NCBI GenBank assembly: GCA_050250255.1
Contig: JBFWOZ010000011.1
Coordinates: 1-64,000 of the forward strand
Origin: Bdellovibrionales bacterium
GTDB taxonomy: Bacteria; Bdellovibrionota; Bdellovibrionia; Bdellovibrionales; DASUEL01
Length of the DNA: 64,000 bases
Direction of reading: 5' to 3'
Of the stretch, positions 38,777 to 47,740 are shown one piece after another. The notes beneath the pieces were generated by a model. That model was not told where the DNA came from. It saw only the letters and a program-made list of their open reading frames with translations, and did no database searches. The position numbers were made by a program, and so were the translations under genes. The number at the start of each line of letters is the position of its first letter. Position 1 is the first letter of the stretch.

Positions 38777-39660
38777 TAAAATTGAACCCCAACATCTGTC
38801 CGCCAAGTCAAATCACTCGCGCTTGGCAAAGAGGAATCCCATACGGCCACTTCAGTCTCTTTTGAGGAACGAGATTGAGCAAGAGGATAAGTGAGTCGGC
38901 TCGAGATAAAAAATTGCGAAGCATGTTGCCATTTCACTCCGGGGCCTATTCCTGCCCAATCCACTCCTCGAGCGATTTCCATTTTATCTTTGGCCACACC
39001 ATAAGCGCGATACCACAGCATATGTCCAAACACCGTCCACTGACGAAATATTTTTCGACCTACCATCAATTCCAAATCAACGATATCGCGAATATCAACG
39101 CTTGTGTCTTCTTCATTCAGTCTCCAGCGATAACCTACGCCGAGACTGCTCACATAACGAAGTGGATTGAATTTCCATTCCATACCGGCTCGGTAAGTGT
39201 CGTGACGGGCTGCGAGTTTACTTCCGGGCCTAGAAAAGGTCGCCATCCCATGAATCCACGTTTCAAGTCGTCCCATGTCCCAAACACTCAGAGCAAAACG
39301 ACCATAGGGATTCCCTATTTCCTTCACTTCACCGCCGCGAACTTGGCCTACCAAATAATTTCCACCAAACCCAAATTCGTAACGCCCTGGCTTCCTCAAT
39401 GTGAGACCTAGACCATAGGATGTGCCGCTTTGACGAAAGCTCTCATTACGAAAACTGTCAGCTTCAAGCCCAAATCCCCATCTCGCACCGTAAAATAACC
39501 CTGGAGCCTCGTAATTGGTACGTGTCTGAGGAATTTCCTCAGGCTCGTCATCAACAGCGCTCTCGGATTCTGGAATCGCTTCGTATTCTTGTGCCTGGAC
39601 TAAAGTTAGAGGGAATATGAATACGAGTAATAAACTAAAAACAAAAAAACACTTTCTCAT
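38776..39660 (-). CDS. hypothetical outer-membrane beta-barrel protein
   Basis: Signal peptide (AQA), alternating strands, C-terminal Phe (DVGVQF). Confidence 0.7.
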   Translation of the reverse strand: MRKCFFVFSLLLVFIFPLTLVQAQEYEAIPESESAVDDEPEEIPQTRTNYEAPGLFYGARWGFGLEADSFRNESFRQSGTSYGLGLTLRKPGRYEFGFGGNYLVGQVRGGEVKEIGNPYGRFALSVWDMGRLETWIHGMATFSRPGSKLAARHDTYRAGMEWKFNPLRYVSSLGVGYRWRLNEEDTSVDIRDIVDLELMVGRKIFRQWTVFGHMLWYRAYGVAKDKMEIARGVDWAGIGPGVKWQHASQFFISSRLTYPLAQSRSSKETEVAVWDSSLPSASDLTWRTDVGVQF

Positions 39661-39843
39661 CTATCACCCCATTCATAGGATAAAGTTTGACGACAAATCA
39701 TGTCAATCAAACATGTCGGGACCACTCACTTTGGGGCTTGCAACTCTCTGTGATCACACAGCAAAATAGAGGTAGAGAAAAAACAAGACCGTCCATTCTC
39801 TATTTAGATTTTTAATTGATCGAATGAGCAAGGAGGCTCTTAC

Positions 39844-40161
39844 GTGATTTATATCAATCAGGAACAGCTCAAAGAACTTGAAGCGCTACTCTCTCAGTCG
39901 GCCAATGGAATTCATCTGCTCTTTGATCACAAATCTCTGACAGATATTCTCCAACATCCCACTGAGGCAATGGAGTTTTTCACAATGGAAAACCTCAACC
40001 GGGTACAAAGTATTCTTGGAGAATTTTTGAAGAGACAAAAATTTGATGAGAAGCAAAAATATCTTTTTTCTCTCGATAAAGAGAGTTACGAGCTGCTCGT
40101 AAGAAGCTATTTTAACATCGTAGAAAATACGATTTTAGAAACAACCAAATTGAGACACTAA
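39844..40161 (+). CDS. hypothetical helical protein
   Basis: Strong RBS AAGGAGG before GTG; 105 aa. Confidence 0.8.
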   Translation: MIYINQEQLKELEALLSQSANGIHLLFDHKSLTDILQHPTEAMEFFTMENLNRVQSILGEFLKRQKFDEKQKYLFSLDKESYELLVRSYFNIVENTILETTKLRH

Positions 40162-40174
40162 TTCTCGTCTCATT

Positions 40175-40201
40175 TTAGATTCGCTATTTATTGGCCGATA
40201 A
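40175..40201 (+). promoter_or_regulatory. sigma28/FliA-like promoter
   Basis: TTAG-N15-GCCGATAA (perfect -10), 6 nt before ATG 40208. Confidence 0.55.
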
Positions 40202-40207
40202 AGATGT

Positions 40208-40468
40208 ATGGTTTTCTTTATCGGCCTTTTTATTTCTATGGGCGTAACTGGCGTTTCTCAAGCCGATTATCGCGCTTACCAACTCCAGATTTCAAAAAAT
40301 GGGCAGACTGTTCGAACCGTGATCGCAACTCTTGATCACTATCAATATCCTGAATACTACCCTCTAGAAACTGAGGAAACGGTCGAGTATATTGACTCAT
40401 GGATGTGCTACGGGCGCTTTGAAAAATTCGCTCCTCCATGCGCAAATACTAAAATAACTGCCAACTAG
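40208..40468 (+). CDS. small hypothetical secreted protein
   Basis: Signal peptide (SQA), SWMCYGR...PPC Cys pair. Confidence 0.7.
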   Translation: MVFFIGLFISMGVTGVSQADYRAYQLQISKNGQTVRTVIATLDHYQYPEYYPLETEETVEYIDSWMCYGRFEKFAPPCANTKITAN

Positions 40469-40582
40469 ACCAGTTCAACGTCTAATTCCCGTTACCCTTC
40501 CCTCAACGCACCCCTCAGAAAATGGTACAGTAAACTAAGGTTGTGGCTGATTTTTCAATCAGCATAAACGTTCCAGGAGGGA

Positions 40583-41977
40583 ATGGCCGTGGCTGACATG
40601 AACATCCAAGATGCCAATAAAAATATCGCGGATCTTCAGGCTCAGTATGAGCGCAAAAAACGCGAAGTCGTTCAAAAAGGCGAAACTGAAATCAAAGAAC
40701 TCCAGGAAGCCAATAAAGAACGTGAGATGGCAGTTCGTGGCCAAGGCGAAGCCGCCGTTAATCACATTTCTAAAAACAAAACAGCACAAATTAACGCCCT
40801 GCAGGCGCAAAGCCAAAACGCCGTACAGTACGCCAAAGAAAAAATTGATCATGTCGTTCAAGAACAGCAAGAGTTCGGAAAAGTACAATCTAAAAAATTG
40901 CAAGAAGCTCAAGCCAAGTACACGAAACAAATGCAAGAGCAACAAATGCAAATGTCTAAGCAGCTTGCAGAATTAAAAGCCGAAAATCGCGAAACAATCG
41001 AAGGTGAATCGCAGAAATTTTCTCAAGAAAAGATGAAGTATAAAAACCAACTTCAGCAGCAGATAAAACAAAACGAAGAGAGATTAAAAGAAGTTCGTAA
41101 TCGCAGTTCTGAGCAAATTGAAAAAGAAATGGCTATCAACTCACAGCAGTACAACCGTATTCAAGACGCTTACCAGAGCAATATCCAAGAGAAAAAAGTA
41201 GAGACCGAAAAGAAAATTCAAGATCTTGAAGCCAGAACGAGCGCTGAGTTTGAACGTCAAAAGACAGTAAATCAGAAAAAAGTTCAAGAAGTTCACAAGA
41301 TGGGAATGGAGCAAAGTACCAAGATCGAAAACGATCAAAATATGATGCTTCAAAAAAGAAAACTGCAACATGAAGCCACAAAAACAAAACAGGAAGAATA
41401 TTTAAATAAAGATGTGATGGAGCAAAAAGCCCGTCACGAAAGAATCGTCAATGAAACAAAACGACGCGCTCAAGATGAGCTCGCTATCACCAATAGACAA
41501 CACGAAGATCGTCTTCACAAACAGCGCGCGGACTTCAACCGTACTTACCAAAAAAATCAGGACATCAATAAACAAACTCTGCAAAGCCAGAGTGAACACA
41601 TCATTCGCGCCATCCAGAATCAGCGCAAAGAACTTTTAAGCCAAGTCAAAAATTACACCGATAAACAGGGTGATCCGTTTTATCACATCGTCGACTACAA
41701 ATCGAAATTGAACGAAGGTGCCGAGTCTTACACTTTTTCTACCATCGTTCCTGAAACAGAAAGAAAAAACATCACCGTCCGAGTACATCCCGATAAGGTG
41801 GTTTTAAGTGGCATTCGTTCTTTTGAAGATAAAACAGAAGATCAAGGAAGGAAGCTCAGCACCAATTCCTACCAAACATTCCATGAGGAATTTGCGCTCA
41901 GCCGTCCAATAAAAGAAAACAAAATTGTTCAGATTTACGAAGAGGGAGTACTCTCCGTTTTCATCCCCAAGGCTTGA
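40583..41977 (+). CDS. long coiled-coil protein with C-terminal Hsp20/alpha-crystallin-like domain
   Basis: About 360 aa Q/E/K-rich region, then VPE...ITVRV...VLSG...YQTFHEEF.L...YEEGVLSVFIPK. Confidence 0.8.
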   Translation: MAVADMNIQDANKNIADLQAQYERKKREVVQKGETEIKELQEANKEREMAVRGQGEAAVNHISKNKTAQINALQAQSQNAVQYAKEKIDHVVQEQQEFGKVQSKKLQEAQAKYTKQMQEQQMQMSKQLAELKAENRETIEGESQKFSQEKMKYKNQLQQQIKQNEERLKEVRNRSSEQIEKEMAINSQQYNRIQDAYQSNIQEKKVETEKKIQDLEARTSAEFERQKTVNQKKVQEVHKMGMEQSTKIENDQNMMLQKRKLQHEATKTKQEEYLNKDVMEQKARHERIVNETKRRAQDELAITNRQHEDRLHKQRADFNRTYQKNQDINKQTLQSQSEHIIRAIQNQRKELLSQVKNYTDKQGDPFYHIVDYKSKLNEGAESYTFSTIVPETERKNITVRVHPDKVVLSGIRSFEDKTEDQGRKLSTNSYQTFHEEFALSRPIKENKIVQIYEEGVLSVFIPKA

Positions 41978-42091
41978 ATTTTCTCGTAAAAAAATCGGAT
42001 CCTTCGTTGCTCGGTCGGGTCGCTTGTGCAACATACAGGAAGTATGTTTCCGCGCTCCCCTCGGCTGCGATCTTTTTACGAGAAAATTCAA
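41974..42091. mobile_element. 118-bp palindromic MITE-like element
   Basis: Perfect 19-bp terminal IR TTGAATTTTCTCGTAAAAA; internal hairpin AACATAC-AGGAA-GTATGTT; no ORF. Confidence 0.6.
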
Positions 42092-42100
42092 ATTTATAAA

Positions 42101-42346
42101 TTATCGTCTTAAGAGAGTTTCGACTTCGCCAAGCATGTACTGAAGTTTGCCGTGAAGGTCTTCAAGACGCGTGAGATTCCCGCGAAGTTCTTCCAAAATG
42201 GCCGGGCGACCAAAGTGCAATTCCCCTTCACGTTTAAGAAGCTCATATAAAGACGCTTCCGCATGCACCATTTCTTTTTCGATAATCATGCTCTCTGGAG
42301 CACCAGAAGTTGCTTCGAGAACGTTGGTGGGAGGCGTTTTACTCAT
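42101..42346 (-). CDS. small hypothetical protein
   Basis: RBS AAGGA before ATG 42346; C-terminal helix LEDLHGKLQYMLGEV. Confidence 0.65.
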   Translation of the reverse strand: MSKTPPTNVLEATSGAPESMIIEKEMVHAEASLYELLKREGELHFGRPAILEELRGNLTRLEDLHGKLQYMLGEVETLLRR

Positions 42347-42497
42347 GATATCCTTCTTATCTTTCGTGTAACGTCGTCTAAACATGTTGTAGCGTCTGTA
42401 TTGCCTGATTTTAGGGCCTTTTGGGGCCGCTATCCAGACCTAATGCTAGTCTTGCAAATACGATGCGCAACTTAAATCATCTTACAAACGGCGAAAT

Positions 42498-43094
42498 TTA
42501 ATACTCACATTTCAATGATGCGACGTCTGCAGGAGCCGGGGACCTTCTTAATTCTCCATTATCCAAAACGAGGGCCATAACGCTCCCTGACTCGGTATTA
42601 TGCTGCAGTCCCAAAACATGCCCAATTTCGTGCACGAGGAGACTTTCTATGTCCACTTTTGTGCCGTCAGGCTGGAGGGAATATTCAAAGTTTTTTGCGT
42701 TGATTTTGATATCGGCTTCTTTGATTCGGTTGGCTTCCCAGTAGATTGTGGTGCGAGCTTGCTCCCCAGGCTTTTCATCTTCCCAAGTATTTAGCCAGTA
42801 AATTCCCGAAACACCATCACGAGCGGGAGCATTCTCTGCACCTACAACTCCTGCATCACGAACTAACGGGCGCCCGAGAGCTTTCTCCCACTGAACCATG
42901 GCACTTCTAAGAGCCGGCAAATATTGCGATGGAAAAGAACTATGAACATAGAGGTGAACAGGGACCGCGTCTTTCCAAGATACACGTTGGACGCTGCTAT
43001 TTTGTACAAAATTGCAGGATTCTTGAGGCTCTTGTTTTTGACTACAAGAGGTTCCTAAAAATACGATGAGAAGCAAAACAATCCACTTCTTCAT
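42498..43094 (-). CDS. matrixin-family (M10, metzincin) lipoprotein protease
   Basis: Lipobox GTSC; HEIGHVLGLQH; SVM Met-turn. Confidence 0.92.
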   Translation of the reverse strand: MKKWIVLLLIVFLGTSCSQKQEPQESCNFVQNSSVQRVSWKDAVPVHLYVHSSFPSQYLPALRSAMVQWEKALGRPLVRDAGVVGAENAPARDGVSGIYWLNTWEDEKPGEQARTTIYWEANRIKEADIKINAKNFEYSLQPDGTKVDIESLLVHEIGHVLGLQHNTESGSVMALVLDNGELRRSPAPADVASLKCEY

Positions 43095-43125
43095 GTTCAC
43101 AACGTTAACCACTCTAGAATCCTTT

Positions 43126-43177
43126 TCCAAAAGGAGAGCCAATTGAGGCTCAACTGAGAAACTACAAGTCTTTGATA
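43126..43177 (-). promoter_or_regulatory. IHF-type site plus degenerate sigma54-like promoter
   Basis: TATCAAAGACTTG (43177-65); TGGCTCTCCTTTTGGA (GG-N10-GG). Confidence 0.45.
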
Positions 43178-43394
43178 TTTAACGGCTTTTTTTAATAAAA
43201 AAGGAATGGTCTTTAGGCGTGATGGCTGAAATAAAGAGGTTCTGCCCCTAAATCTCTTAACCCGACCTCTAACTGACTGAAATAAGAAGGGATTTTCAGT
43301 GCCTATAATCTCGACACGGAAAAAGAAAGGAAGGCCCAAAATCGACCTTAATTTCTGCTGCCAAATCTCCCTTCACGCCTTTATTCTTTAGGGT

Positions 43395-44675
43395 ATGTAT
43401 TCACACAGTATTCGCATCTTGGGAATTCTCTTACTTCTCTCTTCATGTGCTCGCGCGCCTTTAAAAGAAATGAGTGAGGCGACGCGCGCCACCACCTGCC
43501 CGACCTTCCAAGATAGTCTCCCCATAGAGACTCTAGAAAAGGGTCTTAAAGAGAACATCGAATTCCTCAAAACCAACTCTCGAGGCCCGAGCGTTTATCA
43601 GTTTGGTGATCGAGTCATGTCCCGTACGGATTATGTCCTTGCTCTCGAATACCTCTCCGAGAAAATACATAAAGAGTGGAACACCCCGGAGCTTCAAAAA
43701 ACTTTCAACGAACAGTTTGAATGTTTTGAGGTTTATGGCGGCGAAAGTTGGGGAAATGTTTTTGTGACCTCCTACTTTGAACCTCTGCTTTTATCTTCCA
43801 GAAAGCAAACTGCAAAACACTCACAGCCTCTCTATCGAATACCACCCAACATGGTACTCATTCAGATGGATGAGTTTTTTCAGACCTTCCCAACTTTACG
43901 GGAGAACATGAAAAATCCTAACGAACAACGGACTCCTTTCTCAGTTCTACGCGGACGTTTAGAAGCGTCGAAGAATTCCGATGAACCGCCGACTATTCAT
44001 CCCTTTTATGATCGTAAAGGCATTGATCAAGACTACTCTTTGAAAAAACAAAAAATAGAAATTGCTTGGGTAGATCCCATTGACGCTTTTTTTCTACAGA
44101 TTCAAGGCTCGGGAACTTTAGAATACTCGGATAGGTCAAAGGTGCGCGTAGGTTATGCCGGACAAAATGGACACAAGTATGAAGCGCTCGGAAAATTTTT
44201 GACCGATGTGATTCCTCTTGAGTCCATGACCATGCATACGATCGAAGAACATCTTCGTACCTTGCCGAAGGACCAACTCCAAACGCTACTGAACAAAAAC
44301 CCAAGCTACGTCTTCTTCAAAAAACTCGATAGCAAAGCCATCACTTATCTAGGTACGCCCGTTATCGCGAGGCGAACCATCGCGACTGATCAGCGCTTTT
44401 TCCAAAAAGGCTCGCTTGCCTATTTAGAGATTGAAGAGCCTGTTTTTGAAAAACCGACTGATACGATTCCTAAAGAATGGGTCGCAAAACCTCGATTCGT
44501 GATTGATCAAGATACCGGTGGCGCCATTCGTGGCGGCGGTCGCGTCGACCTTTTTTGGGGAGAAGGTGCGGAGGCCAGACAAGCTGCAGGAGTTATGAAA
44601 AGCAAAGGGCGTCTCGTTTACATCGCTCCCAAACAAACTCTTCTCGATCAACTCATAAAGACAAAACCAAAATGA
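43395..44675 (+). CDS. mltA: membrane-bound lytic murein transglycosylase A
   Basis: Lipobox LSSC; TSYFEP, FFLQIQGSG, NPSYVFF, DQDTGGAIRG, RVDLFWG. Confidence 0.95.
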   Translation: MYSHSIRILGILLLLSSCARAPLKEMSEATRATTCPTFQDSLPIETLEKGLKENIEFLKTNSRGPSVYQFGDRVMSRTDYVLALEYLSEKIHKEWNTPELQKTFNEQFECFEVYGGESWGNVFVTSYFEPLLLSSRKQTAKHSQPLYRIPPNMVLIQMDEFFQTFPTLRENMKNPNEQRTPFSVLRGRLEASKNSDEPPTIHPFYDRKGIDQDYSLKKQKIEIAWVDPIDAFFLQIQGSGTLEYSDRSKVRVGYAGQNGHKYEALGKFLTDVIPLESMTMHTIEEHLRTLPKDQLQTLLNKNPSYVFFKKLDSKAITYLGTPVIARRTIATDQRFFQKGSLAYLEIEEPVFEKPTDTIPKEWVAKPRFVIDQDTGGAIRGGGRVDLFWGEGAEARQAAGVMKSKGRLVYIAPKQTLLDQLIKTKPK

Positions 44676-46213
44676 TGTGGTTACTGCTCACACTATTGAT
44701 TTTTATTGGCGCGGTGGGAGCTTACAACTTTCATCTCTACAGTCATTTCTGCCAACACACCTACGATTTAGGAATTTTCTTAGAAGCCTTTAAAAAATTA
44801 TCCTTCGCTGATTGGAATCCTTACATTTCCACGAGACAAATTACAATTCTGCAAGATCACTGGGAACCGATTTTAGTTTTACTCTCCCCATTGGCTCGTT
44901 TTTTCTCTCTCCCCGGTTTTGGCTTTGGAGTGGAAATCGCGTTTTTTATTCTCGCAGGTCTTTCCCTCTATCTTTCAGCGAGAGATCAATCTTCACAAAA
45001 AAGAGATCTTGCAATCTGCCTTGCCATTTTATTTTTGTTACATCGTGAAACTTTTGAAGCGGTCTTTTATCCTATTCACCCTTCTACCTGGGCCGTGTTT
45101 CCTTTAATGCTCGCAGGATTATTTATTCCGACCCTCATGCCGAACCAACTAGGAAAACATGTGAGCCTGCAGAAGGAACCTTTTTATACTCAGTTCGTTC
45201 GCCTCCTGGCCATTGTGATTTTGCTCAACCTTTTTAACGAACAATACTCTTTAGCGGCTCTTGGTCTTGTGTTAGGGGCCTTTCTCTTTTTACCACGTCG
45301 GCTGCCGACACTTTTGGTTCTCCCATTTAGTCTCGCCTTTGTGTGGTGGGCCTTTCAAGGTCGGAGCTCCATTGTTGGACAAATGTTTCACCACACCGAT
45401 AGACTTAAGCTCAACCCACTTCTTCTTTTACAGAGTTACAACTGGGATCTCCCTCAATTCAAAACCCTTCTTTTATTCTTCTTAGGGTTTGCGCCTCTCA
45501 TTTTTTTTCTGATCAAATCCATTCCGCATTGGAATCGCAATCACCTAAGACACTTTGGAGTCTGGCTTGGCCTTTTTAGCCCACTGATTTTAGGACGCCT
45601 GCTCTCAGGCTCTTTTGGTCTTCACTACAATGTGATTTTGGTGGTCGCCGCCATCGTCCTCTTTTTTCTTTTGATTGATGTGAAGGAGTGGCCCAAGAAA
45701 TCCATCGCTTCCTGGATTTTCGCGTTTGCCATCCTCATGAGTCTTGGCAAATGGGGCAAAGTGTACGCCACCGTCATTCAAGACAAAATGCCAAATTGTA
45801 TGCGCATCGATACGTCGTCAGGAAATCACTTCACCAATGTTTCCAACAGGCAAAAAAAGCTCAACCATATTTACGATTTGATTTCACTGGAGAGCGGGCC
45901 AACGAAAGTGCTAGCTCTCGGCAACTTAGTTCCGACCCTTCTCTCCATCCCCCATGCAGAAGTTTTTCATTTGGGAGCTTTTCAAATCACCAACAGTGAA
46001 AGCTTCGACTGGTTGGTGGTCGAGCGAGGGGTTTATGGAAATCATAATGGCGTTCCGCCAGAAAAGCTTGAAGCACTTATCAAGAATTTAAAATTTAGAC
46101 CTGAATTACAAATCATCTCTGACGATGCCACACTTTTTGTCGTAAAGGGCTCTCTTCCAAAATCTTTATTTCGCGGATTTTTCTACGATCAGCGCTACAA
46201 CCCAGTCGAATAA
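44672..46213 (+). CDS. DUF2079-like multi-pass membrane protein (GT-C-like)
   Basis: YDLGIF, DHWEPIL, HP, E and HY motifs; many TM segments; ATGA coupling to mltA. Confidence 0.7.
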   Translation: MMWLLLTLLIFIGAVGAYNFHLYSHFCQHTYDLGIFLEAFKKLSFADWNPYISTRQITILQDHWEPILVLLSPLARFFSLPGFGFGVEIAFFILAGLSLYLSARDQSSQKRDLAICLAILFLLHRETFEAVFYPIHPSTWAVFPLMLAGLFIPTLMPNQLGKHVSLQKEPFYTQFVRLLAIVILLNLFNEQYSLAALGLVLGAFLFLPRRLPTLLVLPFSLAFVWWAFQGRSSIVGQMFHHTDRLKLNPLLLLQSYNWDLPQFKTLLLFFLGFAPLIFFLIKSIPHWNRNHLRHFGVWLGLFSPLILGRLLSGSFGLHYNVILVVAAIVLFFLLIDVKEWPKKSIASWIFAFAILMSLGKWGKVYATVIQDKMPNCMRIDTSSGNHFTNVSNRQKKLNHIYDLISLESGPTKVLALGNLVPTLLSIPHAEVFHLGAFQITNSESFDWLVVERGVYGNHNGVPPEKLEALIKNLKFRPELQIISDDATLFVVKGSLPKSLFRGFFYDQRYNPVE

Positions 46214-47422
46214 TTATTTGGATTGGCCAACGATCATAACCGTATCGCCCAATTTGATCGGTACTGGGAACGCCAAGGGTTTTTCAAGCGAAGCCGGAAT
46301 CTTAAACTTTGGACTTAACATAGAAAAAACTTTTTGCAGGAAATAGCTAAAAGGCACAAGGTATGGAAAGTGCGCATGCTTCGTGAGTTTAAAGCCCGCT
46401 CTCTCGAGAGTTTCGTAATAACCGCGATCTGAGAAATAGTAGTAGTGCATATCCATAAACCATGGCCAACGCGGACCCAGAGCTTGCGAAAAACTGGATT
46501 CAATATTGATCGTTGAAAAGAGCACGTCACCACCGGGTTTTAAGAAGGGTCTTAATTCTTTCAAAGTCGTAATGGGATCTGGCAAATGTTCGATCACATC
46601 AAAAAGAACGATCGTATCGAATTGGTCTTTAAGTAATCCTGATTTTAAAAGCTTTTCGACATTTCCATTATGAAACTTCAGCTTGGGATATTTTTTTTGT
46701 GCGTACTCGGTTGCGTGGGTTGAAGGTTCAATCCCCGTGTATTGACCGGCTACGTTTTGAACGACCTCGGCAAAAGCACCGTAGTAACTTCCGATCTCGA
46801 GGACTTTTTTGTTTTCGAAGTAGCTTTGGTAATCTTTTAAAATACGACGGTAGGTCATGTGGCGAGCGGCGATGTTTTTAATGTATTCAAGATCCGCCAC
46901 ATTTTTGTAGTTTTCAAAACCTTCTTCTTTGGTTTTTTCAAAAGACTGATCGGCGATATTGATCAGAAATCCATTACGACATTCAGGGCAGTAGTAAATA
47001 TCAGGGTATTCACCGTGGTCAAAAGACGAACAGGCAAAACTTCCTTGCATCGCTTTATGTTTACGGCGAGCGGGATAGAGCAAAACGCAATGTCCATAAT
47101 CACAGATACGGCAGCGAATCCCCGTCTTTTGTTTTCGGTCATATTGACGAACAGCCCAGGCCCCTACCAAAAGAGTGGCGACCATAAAGAAATAAATGGG
47201 AATCAAAGTATCTGGAGCAAACGACCAAATCAAAACGCACAAACCCCAAAACACAAGCGAGAGAGGCAGCGCAAAGTAAAATGCGGTTTTGATTTTTAGA
47301 CGTCTGAGGAAGCTCAAAAAAATGTACATGATGTAGAGGTAAGGTATAGAGGTGAGCTTTCGGAAGATCAAACCATTCCTCGTAGAGCTTTTAACGGTGA
47401 CCACTTTTGTCGCTCGAAACAT
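46214..47422 (-). CDS. class I SAM-dependent methyltransferase with N-terminal TM helices and Zn-binding Cys pairs
   Basis: CRIC...CPEC, VLEIGSYYG, GIEPS, FDVIEHLPDP, LKPGG, HYYYFS; start uncertain. Confidence 0.85.
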   Translation of the reverse strand: MFRATKVVTVKSSTRNGLIFRKLTSIPYLYIMYIFLSFLRRLKIKTAFYFALPLSLVFWGLCVLIWSFAPDTLIPIYFFMVATLLVGAWAVRQYDRKQKTGIRCRICDYGHCVLLYPARRKHKAMQGSFACSSFDHGEYPDIYYCPECRNGFLINIADQSFEKTKEEGFENYKNVADLEYIKNIAARHMTYRRILKDYQSYFENKKVLEIGSYYGAFAEVVQNVAGQYTGIEPSTHATEYAQKKYPKLKFHNGNVEKLLKSGLLKDQFDTIVLFDVIEHLPDPITTLKELRPFLKPGGDVLFSTINIESSFSQALGPRWPWFMDMHYYYFSDRGYYETLERAGFKLTKHAHFPYLVPFSYFLQKVFSMLSPKFKIPASLEKPLAFPVPIKLGDTVMIVGQSK

Positions 47423-47568
47423 TTTTGCGTAAAGGTTTAAGACATATTAAAATGCGAGTAATTTCAATAGGTTGCGCTGCATTCTTTATGAAGTGCGCGA
47501 AACACGTATTTGACGAGAAATCATCGCCTTCCAAATCGAAATGAAGGCAAGAGGAAGTCATAAACTCG

Positions 47569-47584
47569 TGGCATTACAGTTGCT
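47569..47584 (+). promoter_or_regulatory. sigma54 (-24/-12) promoter
   Basis: TGGCATTACAGTTGCT, near consensus TGGCAC-N5-TTGCW with exact spacing; IHF-like TTTCAATAGGTTG at 47462-74. Confidence 0.75.
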
Positions 47585-47594
47585 CTAGTAAGTA

Positions 47595-47645
47595 GTAACC
47601 CCTAAGCGGCTGGTACCCCCCCCCTAAACCAGCCGCTATTTTTTT
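47595..47645 (+). ncRNA. candidate ~50-nt sigma54-dependent sRNA with C9 loop
   Basis: Predicted +1 near 47595; AGCGGCTGGT-ACCCCCCCCCTAA-ACCAGCCGCT-ATTTTTTT intrinsic terminator; no ORF. Confidence 0.6.
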
Positions 47646-47740
47646 GCCCAAAATTTGAATCGCAAGCCATGGAGAGCAGAGCTTTAGAGTTTGATTTAAA
47701 GGCCAAAATTAGTGATATTGCTTCTCTATTCAACCGTTAC

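Noticed and set aside
43215..43380. Structured RNA between matrixin and mltA (AGGCGTGA/TCACGCCT ends, CTGAAATAA twice)
   Set aside because: Short, distant matches compatible with chance or protein-binding sites; no coherent fold supported.
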